Of a DNA stretch of 64,000 nucleotides, positions 45,683 to 54,857 are shown in pieces. The notes under the pieces were generated by a model. That model was not told where the DNA came from. It saw nothing but the letters and a program-made list of their open reading frames with translations, and ran no database searches. The stretch lies in the IMG/VR virus record IMGVR_UViG_3300045988_081755. One strand, given 5' to 3'. A program made the translations under genes and the position numbers. Every line of letters begins with the position of its first letter. Within the stretch, counting starts at the first letter, position 1. The DNA comes from a virus.

Positions 45683-46427
45683 CTTTCTTTCCTTTATTGT
45701 TTACACCGTACCCAAATAGAGCGAAATCACATTTACACGGGTCTAACGGATAGACCTCGCGACAGTTAGTAGTGAGCTCAAGCACTGTATTCATGCTATC
45801 GCCTTTACCCTTTATGAGACCCAATTGACGACCAACGTTTGCGACGTGAGTGTCAAGCGGAATCATCAACCATGATGGAGGGATTAAACTCCAGATTCCT
45901 AAATCAACCGGACTGTTCTTTCTCACCATCCAGCGCAAAAACATATTTAGACGCTTGCAAGCCGACTTCGTGTCCTGGGGGATACCTTTCACTCCAGGGA
46001 ACAGGGTTATCAGCGCATAAAGATAATCTGTGGCGCAGCCGGAACGACAATACGCTTTGGATACAGCCTCTTCCATGTCCTCATTCTCATCGTAGATTTT
46101 CTTGAGTGCCTTACATAGTTCAGCGAAGTCGCCCCACTTGAAGAAGCGGTACATGGTTTCTTCTGAACCAACGTACTTCCTCCAGACCATATTCTTGATA
46201 TACATATAGGGAGTATATCGTTCCATGTCAGCGAACAGGCTCTCACAGGTTGAGAGGATTGCCTTTCGGTTCCCATACGCTAACCACGCAGCGATGAACC
46301 CTACTATTTCCTGAGAACATTTGTAACCAAACTTCCGAGGGAACTGTACAGGGTCGTCAGCTACGAATTCCGGCTTCTCGTACTGTTCAGCCAGCTTCAT
46401 AATCAGATGTCTTGTTTTTGTTTCCAT
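45675..46427 (-). CDS. TIGR02757/DUF2400-like protein (HhH base-excision-glycosylase-like fold)
   Basis: 250 aa. DDPVQFPRKFGYKCSQEIVGFIAAWLAYGNRKAIL and IPLDTHVANVGRQLGLI (helix-hairpin-helix-like) match my recollection of this family. Confidence 0.6.
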   Translation of the reverse strand: METKTRHLIMKLAEQYEKPEFVADDPVQFPRKFGYKCSQEIVGFIAAWLAYGNRKAILSTCESLFADMERYTPYMYIKNMVWRKYVGSEETMYRFFKWGDFAELCKALKKIYDENEDMEEAVSKAYCRSGCATDYLYALITLFPGVKGIPQDTKSACKRLNMFLRWMVRKNSPVDLGIWSLIPPSWLMIPLDTHVANVGRQLGLIKGKGDSMNTVLELTTNCREVYPLDPCKCDFALFGYGVNNKGKKDE

Positions 46428-46430
46428 ACC

Positions 46431-46865
46431 TTATAAGTCATTAAATTTCACTTGATTGTTATGAAGGAGTTTCGTGAACTCAGCTCCGTCCCACCACTTG
46501 ATGGTGAAGTGTTCTATCAACTCACGATAGGTTTCTTCCCCTGTCAGATTACCCTTTTCGAGTTCGTCCGTAATCTTATAGGGAAATCTCATGTCAAGAA
46601 TGTACAGGTTCAAGGATGGTCTTTCGAGAACCGCTCGAAGATACCGCCCATTGATGTTGAACTCTGTTAGGAAGCCATAACAGAGCACATCGAAGAGAAG
46701 CCAATATGTCTTCCCGTCTTTTGAGTAAACTCTGTGTTCTTTTCCTTTCGTTCGGTGTGGGTCAATACCTGCATTCTTGAACACCCGTGATATGCAGCCC
46801 ACGTGTACGAAAGCGTCAAGATGACGCTGTACTTCAATTCCTGCTGGGATAAATTTCTTTGCCAT
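46431..46865 (-). CDS. hypothetical protein
   Basis: 144-aa co-directional ORF. Confidence 0.6.
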   Translation of the reverse strand: MAKKFIPAGIEVQRHLDAFVHVGCISRVFKNAGIDPHRTKGKEHRVYSKDGKTYWLLFDVLCYGFLTEFNINGRYLRAVLERPSLNLYILDMRFPYKITDELEKGNLTGEETYRELIEHFTIKWWDGAEFTKLLHNNQVKFNDL

Positions 46866-46879
46866 ATATTCTGTCTTAA

Positions 46880-47341
46880 TTATTCTTCATTCAAAGCAGC
46901 CATACACTCTTCATGAGCTTCCTTACAGGCTGCGTCCATGATATATTCCATGTTATCATACTCTGGACATTCCCTGACGGCTGTACCTGTTACATCAACG
47001 TAGAGGCAACCACTCTCATCGCACTCGACAATAAACCATCCGTCATTATACATAACATAACCATCCTCGTAGATAGTCTGAATAAGTGTACGTCCGTCTT
47101 TCATAGACGAAGAAGCGAGTTCGTAAGGACAGGTGATTGTGCCCTGTTCGGCTTGATTGATACGAGCCATCGCCACCAGAGCTACCTTTGCGAGCTCCCG
47201 ACGTGATTCGATGTTATCAACATAGCGGTGAGTTCCTACTGGCTTGCTAAAATCTAAATTTTTGTAGTATCTATGACCTTTCATGACGTACACTTGTTTG
47301 ATTTGACTGAGCAAATATACGTCGACTTTTCGAATATCCAA
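46880..47341 (-). CDS. hypothetical protein
   Basis: 153-aa co-directional ORF. Confidence 0.6.
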   Translation of the reverse strand: MDIRKVDVYLLSQIKQVYVMKGHRYYKNLDFSKPVGTHRYVDNIESRRELAKVALVAMARINQAEQGTITCPYELASSSMKDGRTLIQTIYEDGYVMYNDGWFIVECDESGCLYVDVTGTAVRECPEYDNMEYIMDAACKEAHEECMAALNEE

Positions 47342-47364
47342 TGAGTTCCTCGGGAATTTCTTGA

Positions 47365-47544
47365 TTATTTTCTTCGATTTTTCCTCAATTCGGCTCTGCG
47401 TTCTCTCCTACGAGCCTTTCCATCCTGAATTTTGAGTGAGCATTCACCAGACAGCCTGTACACTTCCGATTGAGTCTTACTAATTACGTGCTCACAGAAC
47501 CCTGATAGGGTAACTGATGAGCTATGTTCCATTCTTTGGTTCAT
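47365..47544 (-). CDS. small basic protein (59 aa)
   Basis: Below the ORF-track cutoff. Translates MNQRMEHSSSVTLSGFCEHVISKTQSEVYRLSGECSLKIQDGKARRRERRAELRKNRRK and fills an otherwise empty gap. Confidence 0.4.
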   Translation of the reverse strand: MNQRMEHSSSVTLSGFCEHVISKTQSEVYRLSGECSLKIQDGKARRRERRAELRKNRRK

Positions 47545-47708
47545 TTTAGACGATTTAAGCGATTATAATTATAAAACGAGTAATTTGTACCAGCCAACAG
47601 AGGTAAATCTCGTAGAGCGACCACCAGTGGCTCCTATAAATCAGAAAGAGCTGAACCATTACAGCCCAACTCTTTCCTCACCTTATGAACAAAAAGTGCT
47701 CTCTCGAG

Positions 47709-48002
47709 TTATTTCTTCTTGCCTTTCTTCGGCTCAATCACTGTTTTCACAGTTTTAGAAGCCTTGAACGCCAATGTATGAGACTCCGGCACGTTCATAG
47801 GTTTCTGAGTCAACGGATTCACACCCGTTTTTGCCGGATTGATTTTCTGTTTGAATTTACCGAACGGAAGGCTGATTTCATCGCCTTTCTCAACGCAAGT
47901 TTCAACGATTACCGGAGTAAGAGCGTCAATTACTTTTTCGGTATCTCTCTGGGTCATACCAGCTACTTCGGCAACTTTTGCCACGAATTCTGACTTTCTC
48001 AT
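47709..48002 (-). CDS. hup: HU/IHF-family DNA-binding protein
   Basis: 97 aa. MRKSEFVAKVAEVAGMTQRDTEKVIDAL...LPFGKFKQKINPAKTGVNPLTQKPMNVPESHTLAFKASKTVK follows the HU consensus (F-G-x-F...R-x-G-x-N-P-x-T...F-K-x-G-K). Confidence 0.9.
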   Translation of the reverse strand: MRKSEFVAKVAEVAGMTQRDTEKVIDALTPVIVETCVEKGDEISLPFGKFKQKINPAKTGVNPLTQKPMNVPESHTLAFKASKTVKTVIEPKKGKKK

Positions 48003-48111
48003 TTTTGTTTTAATTTTAATGGATAAATAAATGTTTCAATTTTCAAACGTGTTTATATAACGTCGGTTTTCGTCAATCGGTTTTCTGTCATCCCTGTAAT
48101 CATTAGGATTC

Positions 48112-48669
48112 TCACCTGTCGGGAGTGAATACAGCGGACGTTCTCTTGCTATTTGCCCCACACATTCCAAGGAAGCGATAGGCAAGATTGACAAGAAATG
48201 CTCTGTCTTTATTGCGCTGATATGCTATCTTCTTTCGAATCACGGACATCACCTGTGCATAACAGATACCATTCGAGAGCTGAATGTAGGTGTGGCTGAA
48301 TTCTGTCACCACCCATACATTGATTAAGCGGTCTCCCCACTTGAAGATGTACGGCTTATGCTTCCATGTCACTTTGTCCATGAGCCGTTCAGCGTTCGAA
48401 AGATAATCCTCTTTATCTTTCATGAGATACATATTGTTTGCCTGAGAGTCTGATAGGAGCTTGAAGATATTCTTCTCCTGTTCAGGTGTACAGATGACCT
48501 CCATGTCAATGTCGTGAGGTTCATCAACTTCCATTCCTAACTTATACAGGGCAAGAGACCCCACGATTAAGAACTTCATCCCATACGGTTCGAGAACCTG
48601 TTTACGGAACTCATCCAACGCTCGTTCAACTGGATTCGAGCTGTTTGTTGTTAAATCTGATGTAATCAT
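48112..48669 (-). CDS. nucleotidyltransferase-fold protein candidate
   Basis: 185 aa. LIVGSLALYKLGMEVDEPHDIDMEV fits the G-S-x(n)-D-x-D minimal NTase motif. Confidence 0.4.
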   Translation of the reverse strand: MITSDLTTNSSNPVERALDEFRKQVLEPYGMKFLIVGSLALYKLGMEVDEPHDIDMEVICTPEQEKNIFKLLSDSQANNMYLMKDKEDYLSNAERLMDKVTWKHKPYIFKWGDRLINVWVVTEFSHTYIQLSNGICYAQVMSVIRKKIAYQRNKDRAFLVNLAYRFLGMCGANSKRTSAVFTPDR

Positions 48670-48721
48670 TTTCGAAATTATTTGATGTTTGATAATGTTA
48701 CGTGATTTCTCCGGTTATCGA

Positions 48722-49348
48722 TTACAGTCCTCTCGATTTAATGATATTCTTGAGCCTGTCGCTATAACCTTTCTTCTCAGCGTATATTCGGTCTAAATAG
48801 GCGAAATATTCGTCTCTTGTAAATCGTCGACAGAATGTACTTTGCCATATAGCGTAATCAGTAATGCAGTCGTGCCAGGAGTTAAATCGGGCATGACCCA
48901 TCATGGTTCCTACTGCAAGCGTTGGACGGGTGCTGGGGACTTTCATCCCCAGACAGTTATGTCCTTCCCTGAACAGCTTCGAAGTGAACGTACCTGATTC
49001 CTCTATACATTGAGCCATCACAATATCCGGATGGTCAAGCCTCAACTTGAAGATATAGTCGTACACTTCATCAAAGAACGTTTCAGGAACTGAATCACCC
49101 ACCTCGGGCATCGTTTCCTCTACTGCATAGCAACCTCCGGCTGGTACGGCTTCAGGATTGCTGCAAGATTTCATTACAATAAAAGCACATAGGAACACCA
49201 AACCCCACCAGAGCATTGAGAACCAGTTGAACGGCTTCTCTTTGAACACGTCGGCTCGTACCTGTTCCATCTTGTTTTCAATCTTCTTCCACAGGTTCTT
49301 CTTCTTTGGAGGAGACCCTCCTGGATAGATTTCTTTTGTTTCAAGCAT
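48722..49348 (-). CDS. glucosaminidase-family peptidoglycan hydrolase with N-terminal membrane anchor (endolysin candidate)
   Basis: Track start is 49387. I prefer the ATG at 49348 (208 aa). TM or signal-anchor FNWFSMLWWGLVFLCAFIVMKSC. MAQCIEESGTFTSKLFREGHNCLGMKV resembles the glucosaminidase catalytic region. Confidence 0.65.
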   Translation of the reverse strand: MLETKEIYPGGSPPKKKNLWKKIENKMEQVRADVFKEKPFNWFSMLWWGLVFLCAFIVMKSCSNPEAVPAGGCYAVEETMPEVGDSVPETFFDEVYDYIFKLRLDHPDIVMAQCIEESGTFTSKLFREGHNCLGMKVPSTRPTLAVGTMMGHARFNSWHDCITDYAIWQSTFCRRFTRDEYFAYLDRIYAEKKGYSDRLKNIIKSRGL

Positions 49349-49364
49349 AATTTCAAATTTTAGT

Positions 49365-49541
49365 TTATAATAGTAGGAAGAACCCAATCACAATGAACGC
49401 CATCACTACTCCCGCACACATCGCTCCCAATAGTAGGAAGAACGCCAGCATAATCTGAGTCTTCACTCTTCCCCTGTAATAGCTACGACAGGTACGGCAA
49501 GCAGCCTCGTTCCTACATGAACATTTTCGACATCGTCTCAT
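49365..49541 (-). CDS. small membrane protein (58 aa), holin-position candidate
   Basis: Below the ORF-track cutoff. Translates MRRCRKCSCRNEAACRTCRSYYRGRVKTQIMLAFFLLLGAMCAGVVMAFIVIGFFLLL. Cys-rich basic head plus one long TM segment, directly upstream of the lysin. Confidence 0.45.
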   Translation of the reverse strand: MRRCRKCSCRNEAACRTCRSYYRGRVKTQIMLAFFLLLGAMCAGVVMAFIVIGFFLLL

Positions 49542-49554
49542 GATTGTTTCCTCC

Positions 49555-49776
49555 TTAAAATTCCACGATTGGTTTCTTCTTGTGCTTCTTAGGAAGTTCC
49601 TCGTTGAATGTCTTAGGAATCCAACGGAAGTTCCCAGCGAAGCTGATTCCCTGACTTTTCAGGAACCGTTCAAGCCTTTCTTCCAAGACTGCCACACAGG
49701 TATCAGTTTCCTGCCATGTCGTCTTATAGTTCTTAGCAAAGTTATTGCTGCAAATGTACACTTCTTGACCTATCAT
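49555..49776 (-). CDS. hypothetical protein
   Basis: 73-aa ORF, 4-nt overlap with the upstream gene. Confidence 0.55.
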   Translation of the reverse strand: MIGQEVYICSNNFAKNYKTTWQETDTCVAVLEERLERFLKSQGISFAGNFRWIPKTFNEELPKKHKKKPIVEF

Positions 49777-50231
49777 AATCTCTGAATGTTTTGACCTTTC
49801 ACTCCCCAGATTGTTTCAAGAACAACGTAGGCAAACTGCTCCTGCAACTTCCTCTCTTTCTCAATGTCAGTGGAGCGTCTATACTGTTCTTTATGCTCAT
49901 CGCTCCAACCAAGTGTCCGGCTGAACACTTCGAACGCTGGTTCAGTAAAGTAGGAGCATACAGCTACATGGCGACCGAAACGGCTGTCATCCGAAACGAT
50001 TATTTCCCAACAGTATTCATCAGAGACGTTCAGATATCGTTGAGCCTCCCCGAGTGAACCCTGTCCGAGTCTCGGAAGTACGTGTATCTGACGAGTGTGC
50101 CCAGGAGTGAAGACTTCCTGTAACTTCAGGATATAGTCGCCAGCTGACTTAACAGGCTGGTCGAACTCTTCCAATGACTTCACAAAGTTTCGCCAAGTCT
50201 GGTTAGACAGACCGTTCATGTTTACCATCAT
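49773..50231 (-). CDS. hypothetical protein
   Basis: 152-aa co-directional ORF. Confidence 0.6.
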   Translation of the reverse strand: MMVNMNGLSNQTWRNFVKSLEEFDQPVKSAGDYILKLQEVFTPGHTRQIHVLPRLGQGSLGEAQRYLNVSDEYCWEIIVSDDSRFGRHVAVCSYFTEPAFEVFSRTLGWSDEHKEQYRRSTDIEKERKLQEQFAYVVLETIWGVKGQNIQRL

Positions 50232-50243
50232 AATCTTTCTATA

Positions 50244-50732
50244 TTAATCGAGTTCATAAATAACCAAGTCCTCAGGGTCGAAGATAGACGGATATTCATC
50301 CATACCCTTTTTCACATCAAACGTGAAGTTCAGTTGATACCGTTCATCGACCACGCAGAACTGCTGAGCGATTTCACTCCAGCGTATAACATTCTTCGGT
50401 AACCAAGCCACTCCAAGCTCTTTATTGAGAATTCTCCAAGCCTTATCGGTGCAGTGAGTTATCGCAGCCGTTTGCATACGTCCTTCATGTAGGAAGCGGA
50501 TAAGTCCTGATTTAAACAGGTACGAGCGCAGGTACGGTCTATCCTCAGGTAGTGTTGGCTCAGCAGGAGCCTCTATTGGCGTCTCTACGACCTGTTCAGT
50601 AGCAAGGTCAGATAAGTGTCCGCGAAGGGATACCTGCCCTCCCTCAAGGAGCTCAAACGAGTCATAGATTACTTGTTTAACAGTGCCGTCACTGAACGTA
50701 ACGGTCACTGGCTTATTATTTCTGATGTCCAT
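50244..50732 (-). CDS. hypothetical protein
   Basis: 162-aa co-directional ORF. Confidence 0.6.
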   Translation of the reverse strand: MDIRNNKPVTVTFSDGTVKQVIYDSFELLEGGQVSLRGHLSDLATEQVVETPIEAPAEPTLPEDRPYLRSYLFKSGLIRFLHEGRMQTAAITHCTDKAWRILNKELGVAWLPKNVIRWSEIAQQFCVVDERYQLNFTFDVKKGMDEYPSIFDPEDLVIYELD

Positions 50733-50741
50733 ATCGGGAAA

Positions 50742-51059
50742 TTATTTAGAGATATACATACTATTCAGCGGAGACTCTATCATTCTGTAGAGGATGAGAA
50801 CCCCTGTCTCAACACACTGTATCATGATATCCCTCAGGAAGCGAGGCTGACCATCAATAGGGTTGATGTCGTCGGACTTGATAATGTAGTGATGGTCACT
50901 ACCTACAAACCATTCGCCTCTTTCAGTGAGTCGACGGATAGTATTCATTTGTTCCTGTGCCTTCTGTTTAGAAGTGATTGAGAAAGCAACGTCAGCGATA
51001 CCCCATTGACCGTTTATGCACTGACTTGTGATGATGTTGAAAACTCGTTTATGTCCCAT
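50742..51059 (-). CDS. hypothetical protein
   Basis: The track start at 51113 lies inside the promoter cassette. I prefer the ATG at 51059 (MGHKRVFNIITSQ..., 105 aa). Confidence 0.55.
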   Translation of the reverse strand: MGHKRVFNIITSQCINGQWGIADVAFSITSKQKAQEQMNTIRRLTERGEWFVGSDHHYIIKSDDINPIDGQPRFLRDIMIQCVETGVLILYRMIESPLNSMYISK

Positions 51060-51088
51060 AACCAAATGATTTAAATTGTTTGACGGAA

Positions 51089-51119
51089 CAAATATAGTGG
51101 CATTAATTGACATTCCAAA
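51089..51119 (-). promoter_or_regulatory. Bacteroides-type promoter
   Basis: TATATTTG (51089-51096), 19-nt spacer, TTTG (51116-51119). Confidence 0.65.
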
Positions 51120-51315
51120 GAGTTTCCCGATATTTTCCTCAAATTTTTCCGAAACAGGCTACTGGGGTCGGCTTATACGGGTTATTTTGTGCCGACGTCG
51201 TTCGTACCTTTCATTCTCGATGAACGGTTGATGACTGTGGAGAGCCTCACATTTAGCTCTCCAATAGTTTCTTTCGTCAGTGATACGGTTCACGAGCCGT
51301 ATCAACAATGCTCGC

Positions 51316-51759
51316 TTATTTACTTTCATAGACCTGAATGATTTGTTCCACGTTGAACCTTACTTCGCCCTCTCCATAGACTTCCCCTTTCAGGTGATTG
51401 CCTCGTCTTTCCTTCACCAAGACATATTTGTACACCCGTTTCGGATGAACCACACGTCCAGGAACGTGTTTGTCAGGCATACCAAACTCTTCGAACCGTA
51501 CCTTAACAGTATCTCCGACTTTCACCTGTTCACGCATTTCGTTCAGTGACACTTCCGGAATGTAGAAGCATCCTGGCTGTTTGGCTCCTGACAGGAACTT
51601 CGTGAGTTCGTCTCGGAGTTGTTCAACCTCTTCAATTGACATAAGTTGGAAATAACAGGTATTCGGTCCATCCTGAATTCCAACTTTGACGGTTCGCCCA
51701 TACTTGTCAGGCTCTTCCGTCTGAATGATTGGTTTCAATGTTTCCATCGTTATCTTCAT
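51316..51759 (-). CDS. hypothetical protein
   Basis: 147-aa co-directional ORF. Confidence 0.6.
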   Translation of the reverse strand: MKITMETLKPIIQTEEPDKYGRTVKVGIQDGPNTCYFQLMSIEEVEQLRDELTKFLSGAKQPGCFYIPEVSLNEMREQVKVGDTVKVRFEEFGMPDKHVPGRVVHPKRVYKYVLVKERRGNHLKGEVYGEGEVRFNVEQIIQVYESK

Positions 51760-51946
51760 TTATAAATTGTTTCATATACGGACATTCGTTTTCACACGGG
51801 TACACCGTACCATCACCACAAGGGTCTTGCCACGTAGGCAAGGCACGCAAGTCGGCTGTGCAACACGTTCTACCATCTCCCAGTAGTGTATCATCGAAGT
51901 GCTCACATAATCGCCTGTGTGCTTCTATTTGTTCTTCTGTCTTCAT
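51707..51946 (-). CDS. small Cys-rich protein
   Basis: 79 aa, 8 Cys. Overlaps both neighbouring genes. Confidence 0.45.
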   Translation of the reverse strand: MKTEEQIEAHRRLCEHFDDTLLGDGRTCCTADLRALPTWQDPCGDGTVYPCENECPYMKQFINEDNDGNIETNHSDGRA

Positions 51947-52085
51947 TGTAACATTCTTTTGAGCAGTAGTGTTTTTTCCCTAAGACTATCCAGTCGTAAC
52001 GTCGTATCTCAGCATTAGAGCCTCCTCGGGTGTGAGTAACCGCACCACAAACATCACACGTATATTCATACCATTTCGTCTTCAT
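51903..52085 (-). CDS. small zinc-ribbon-like protein
   Basis: 60 aa, with CDVC...CSKEC pairs. Confidence 0.45.
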   Translation of the reverse strand: MKTKWYEYTCDVCGAVTHTRGGSNAEIRRYDWIVLGKKHYCSKECYNEDRRTNRSTQAIM

Positions 52086-52091
52086 CCTACC

Positions 52092-52325
52092 TTAGATTTT
52101 CTTCTGAAGTTTCAGCCGTGTAATAGCGTCCTTGCGGGAGTAAGCCATAATCGTATGACCTTTTACAGTGAATTCCCTCAACTCACGAACAACGGGTTTC
52201 GGCTTCCGTTGGTTGTCATTACGTCGAACCCCTGTATTGCGTCGAGGAGTTCTGAATGGGTCATTTGATTGTGCTGCCGCCATCATCAGAGCGGTCATCA
52301 GCAACATTCCTTTCATTCTTGTCAT
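52092..52325 (-). CDS. small secreted/basic protein
   Basis: 77 aa. Signal-like MTRMKGMLLMTALMMAAAQS, then an Arg/Lys-rich stretch. Confidence 0.5.
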   Translation of the reverse strand: MTRMKGMLLMTALMMAAAQSNDPFRTPRRNTGVRRNDNQRKPKPVVRELREFTVKGHTIMAYSRKDAITRLKLQKKI

Positions 52326-52327
52326 GG

Positions 52328-52831
52328 TTACTGAATATTTTGAGGATTAGCATACAGAATATAAGGAGAAGCATTCGTCTCAGCGATAAAGGTCTTCCCC
52401 TCGTATTTGACTTCGCACACGAGACCAATACTGAAGTCCCCTGTCCCACAGTCAGGATGCAGTTCAGTGATTTCGAGATTGGCTCCCTTCGGGAAGAAGG
52501 AACGGATATCCCAACCCTCTTCGTCTTCTTCAACCCAGTCGGGGTGAACTTCTAATGTCACCATTTCCTCATAGGAGCAGCCTACCTTGTCAGCGACCTC
52601 ATCGTAGTACGGTTTCAGGCTGGGATAGTCGTCTCTCAGTTCATCGATGAACTCTTTACCGCACTCGTTTACTTTCAGTTTCTTTTCCATAATCATCTTT
52701 GATTTTAATAAAGTTTCTACATCTATAATATCGTATCTTGTCCCGACAGTAACCGTCATAAGCACAGGTTTCACAGAGCGCAACCTTGCCTTCACGGTTC
52801 TTACAATATAGGGAGTGTCCTCTTCGTTCAT
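52328..52831 (-). CDS. hypothetical protein
   Basis: Track start is 52966. I prefer the ATG at 52831 (MNEEDTPYIV..., 167 aa), which forms an ATGA overlap with the stop of 52828..53028. Confidence 0.55.
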   Translation of the reverse strand: MNEEDTPYIVRTVKARLRSVKPVLMTVTVGTRYDIIDVETLLKSKMIMEKKLKVNECGKEFIDELRDDYPSLKPYYDEVADKVGCSYEEMVTLEVHPDWVEEDEEGWDIRSFFPKGANLEITELHPDCGTGDFSIGLVCEVKYEGKTFIAETNASPYILYANPQNIQ

Positions 52832-53028
52832 GACTTCACTCGCCTGAGATAAATACCTTCTCCCTGCGGGAGTTTTCCATGCTCTCTGATATAGTTGTCT
52901 CGATGCTTTATGCAAAGGTCGCTGCGACAAGCGCAGACCGACCCCTCGAAGCAACACGGGTAACAAGATGGGTTCTTCTTGCCCAAGCGTATTTCATACC
53001 CACCCTCTGTGGCGATTAGTTTGCTCAT
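52828..53028 (-). CDS. small Cys-rich protein
   Basis: 66 aa, CYPCCFEGSVCACRSDLC. ATGA coupling to the next gene. Confidence 0.5.
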   Translation of the reverse strand: MSKLIATEGGYEIRLGKKNPSCYPCCFEGSVCACRSDLCIKHRDNYIREHGKLPQGEGIYLRRVKS

Positions 53029-53137
53029 GATGTTCTGATTTATGGATTAATAGTCTCGATGTCTATATTCGAATAAACGTAGTGCTCCTAATCCTCGGGG
53101 CACTACGACTGTCAGCACTGTTTTCATGATGAGCAGC

Positions 53138-53806
53138 TTATTTAGTTCCAAGAGCCTTGTTAGCACGCTCGATTTTACGCTTGAGAGAAGCAATACGGTG
53201 GCGGATAGCCTTGGCGTCTTCCTTTGACAGTTTAGCGAACTCCTCAGCATTAGCAACCAGAGCTTCTTTCTCAGCAAGTTCCTCAGAGTATTTAGTCAGA
53301 CGTTCGTTAGCGTCACCAACACGGGGAGCAGACTTCTTTTCACCCTCTACAGAGGCTTTCTTTTCAGCTTTCGGAGCCTTGTCAGCCTTTGCCTTCTTAT
53401 TGGCTTTAGAGGCTTCTTTGACTTCCTCTTCGCTCTTTAACGGCTGGGCTGGCTTGATAAGTTCCTTGGTATTCTTTTCGATTTCAGCCTGACGACGACG
53501 TTCTTCACGTTCAGCCTTTTCTTCAGCACGGTGACGAGCCTCAACCTCGATGTCCTTGAGGTCAGTATAGATGATGTAGAAGCGACCATAAGCGTCGAAG
53601 AGTTCCTTCTTGCTGTTGGCTTCGGTGTATTCCTGAGGAGCGAACTTACTGTTCAATCCCTTGATAGCAGCACAGATGTCATTGATAGCAGCGACCATGT
53701 TAGGTTTGCTGATGTACTTGATAGCTTTCTTTTCATTCAACATATCTTCGTTGATTACGAAAGAAGTTACATTCTCAGAAGCGGTGTTAATTACATTTGT
53801 TTTCAT
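53138..53806 (-). CDS. Lys/Ala/Glu-rich protein (histone-H1-like low complexity)
   Basis: 222 aa, with a promoter cassette at 53853-53883. Confidence 0.6.
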   Translation of the reverse strand: MKTNVINTASENVTSFVINEDMLNEKKAIKYISKPNMVAAINDICAAIKGLNSKFAPQEYTEANSKKELFDAYGRFYIIYTDLKDIEVEARHRAEEKAEREERRRQAEIEKNTKELIKPAQPLKSEEEVKEASKANKKAKADKAPKAEKKASVEGEKKSAPRVGDANERLTKYSEELAEKEALVANAEEFAKLSKEDAKAIRHRIASLKRKIERANKALGTK

Positions 53807-53852
53807 GACTAATTGTTTTAAAGATTTGACTTATTATTGATTTTTGATGTTA

Positions 53853-53883
53853 CAAATGTAGTGGTTTCAATTGAATCAGCAAA
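53853..53883 (-). promoter_or_regulatory. Bacteroides-type promoter
   Basis: TACATTTG (53853-53860), 19-nt spacer, TTTG (53880-53883). Confidence 0.65.
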
Positions 53884-53912
53884 GAGTTTATCCGGAAATT
53901 CTTCAAAAATTT

Positions 53913-54224
53913 TCAAGATTTTTCTGAAATCGTCTCTACACTCCATTTGAACCGCTCCGGATAAAACTGGGCATTGTATCTCACTTCCTGGAACGGGTGC
54001 TTGTCAGCGAGTATCTTCAGCGTCTCCTCGAGGAACTTCTTTGGGATACCTATATGAGTATCATCGATAGGAGTAACCACACGTTTCGGGAGCCACCTGT
54101 TAAAGAAGAACTCCTTCCCCTCACCGCATACAGGGTGTCCGGGATGTTCGACTATCCAAAACGTCACGCAGTATTGAACAGCCTTTTCCGTTTCGCCTAT
54201 CTTTCGGATTGTTAGTGTTCTCAT
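53913..54224 (-). CDS. hypothetical protein
   Basis: 103-aa ORF, 4-nt overlap. Confidence 0.55.
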   Translation of the reverse strand: MRTLTIRKIGETEKAVQYCVTFWIVEHPGHPVCGEGKEFFFNRWLPKRVVTPIDDTHIGIPKKFLEETLKILADKHPFQEVRYNAQFYPERFKWSVETISEKS

Positions 54225-54547
54225 CTTATATACATTATTGCTTCGGCTACATTCTCAACAGAGTAGGAGCCACCCTTCACTCCATCGTATATCATCTGAG
54301 CAACTTTCATAAGTTGTTCCTTCTGCCTTTCTTGACGTACCTGTTCAGCCGTCTTGATGACTTCACAGGTGTGCGTCTTAGGAGCTGTCTGATGTGGTCC
54401 GATGTTTGGTGTCCACTGTACACCACTCGACCACCACGACATTCCGTGATTGTCTGAATAGAGTCCCATCCCTCCGGCAATAATTCTCCTTTCCTCTTGC
54501 TCGCCTGTTTCTATACAGGTTACAAGAATGATGTCTCCCACTGTCAT
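54221..54547 (-). CDS. hypothetical protein
   Basis: 108-aa ORF, 4-nt overlaps on both sides. Confidence 0.55.
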   Translation of the reverse strand: MTVGDIILVTCIETGEQEERRIIAGGMGLYSDNHGMSWWSSGVQWTPNIGPHQTAPKTHTCEVIKTAEQVRQERQKEQLMKVAQMIYDGVKGGSYSVENVAEAIMYIR

Positions 54548-54837
54548 AACTTTATCTTTTGAGTGTATTGTAATTCCCCACTATATCCTCTTGCTTTGAG
54601 TTCATCCATAAGTTGTCGAGGAGTAAACTTTGCCAACTCAGGATTCGAATAAACAGGGTGAATCTTCGGGGGACGATTCGCTGGCTGTTCGTTCTTCTGC
54701 TTCTGTCTTCTCTTTTTGCGCTGCTCACTTCTGCACGCTCCACAGGTAGAATCATGTCCATCCGCATACTGGGGATGCTTGTGAAATTCATTGATAGGTT
54801 TAATTGCATGACACGTTTTACATTCTTTTGTTTCCAT
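54544..54837 (-). CDS. zinc-finger protein
   Basis: 97 aa. CKTCHAIKPINEF...DGHDSTCGACRSEQ forms a four-Cys motif, followed by a basic tract. Confidence 0.55.
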   Translation of the reverse strand: METKECKTCHAIKPINEFHKHPQYADGHDSTCGACRSEQRKKRRQKQKNEQPANRPPKIHPVYSNPELAKFTPRQLMDELKARGYSGELQYTQKIKL

Positions 54838-54857
54838 ATTATCTTAGTTTTAATTAA

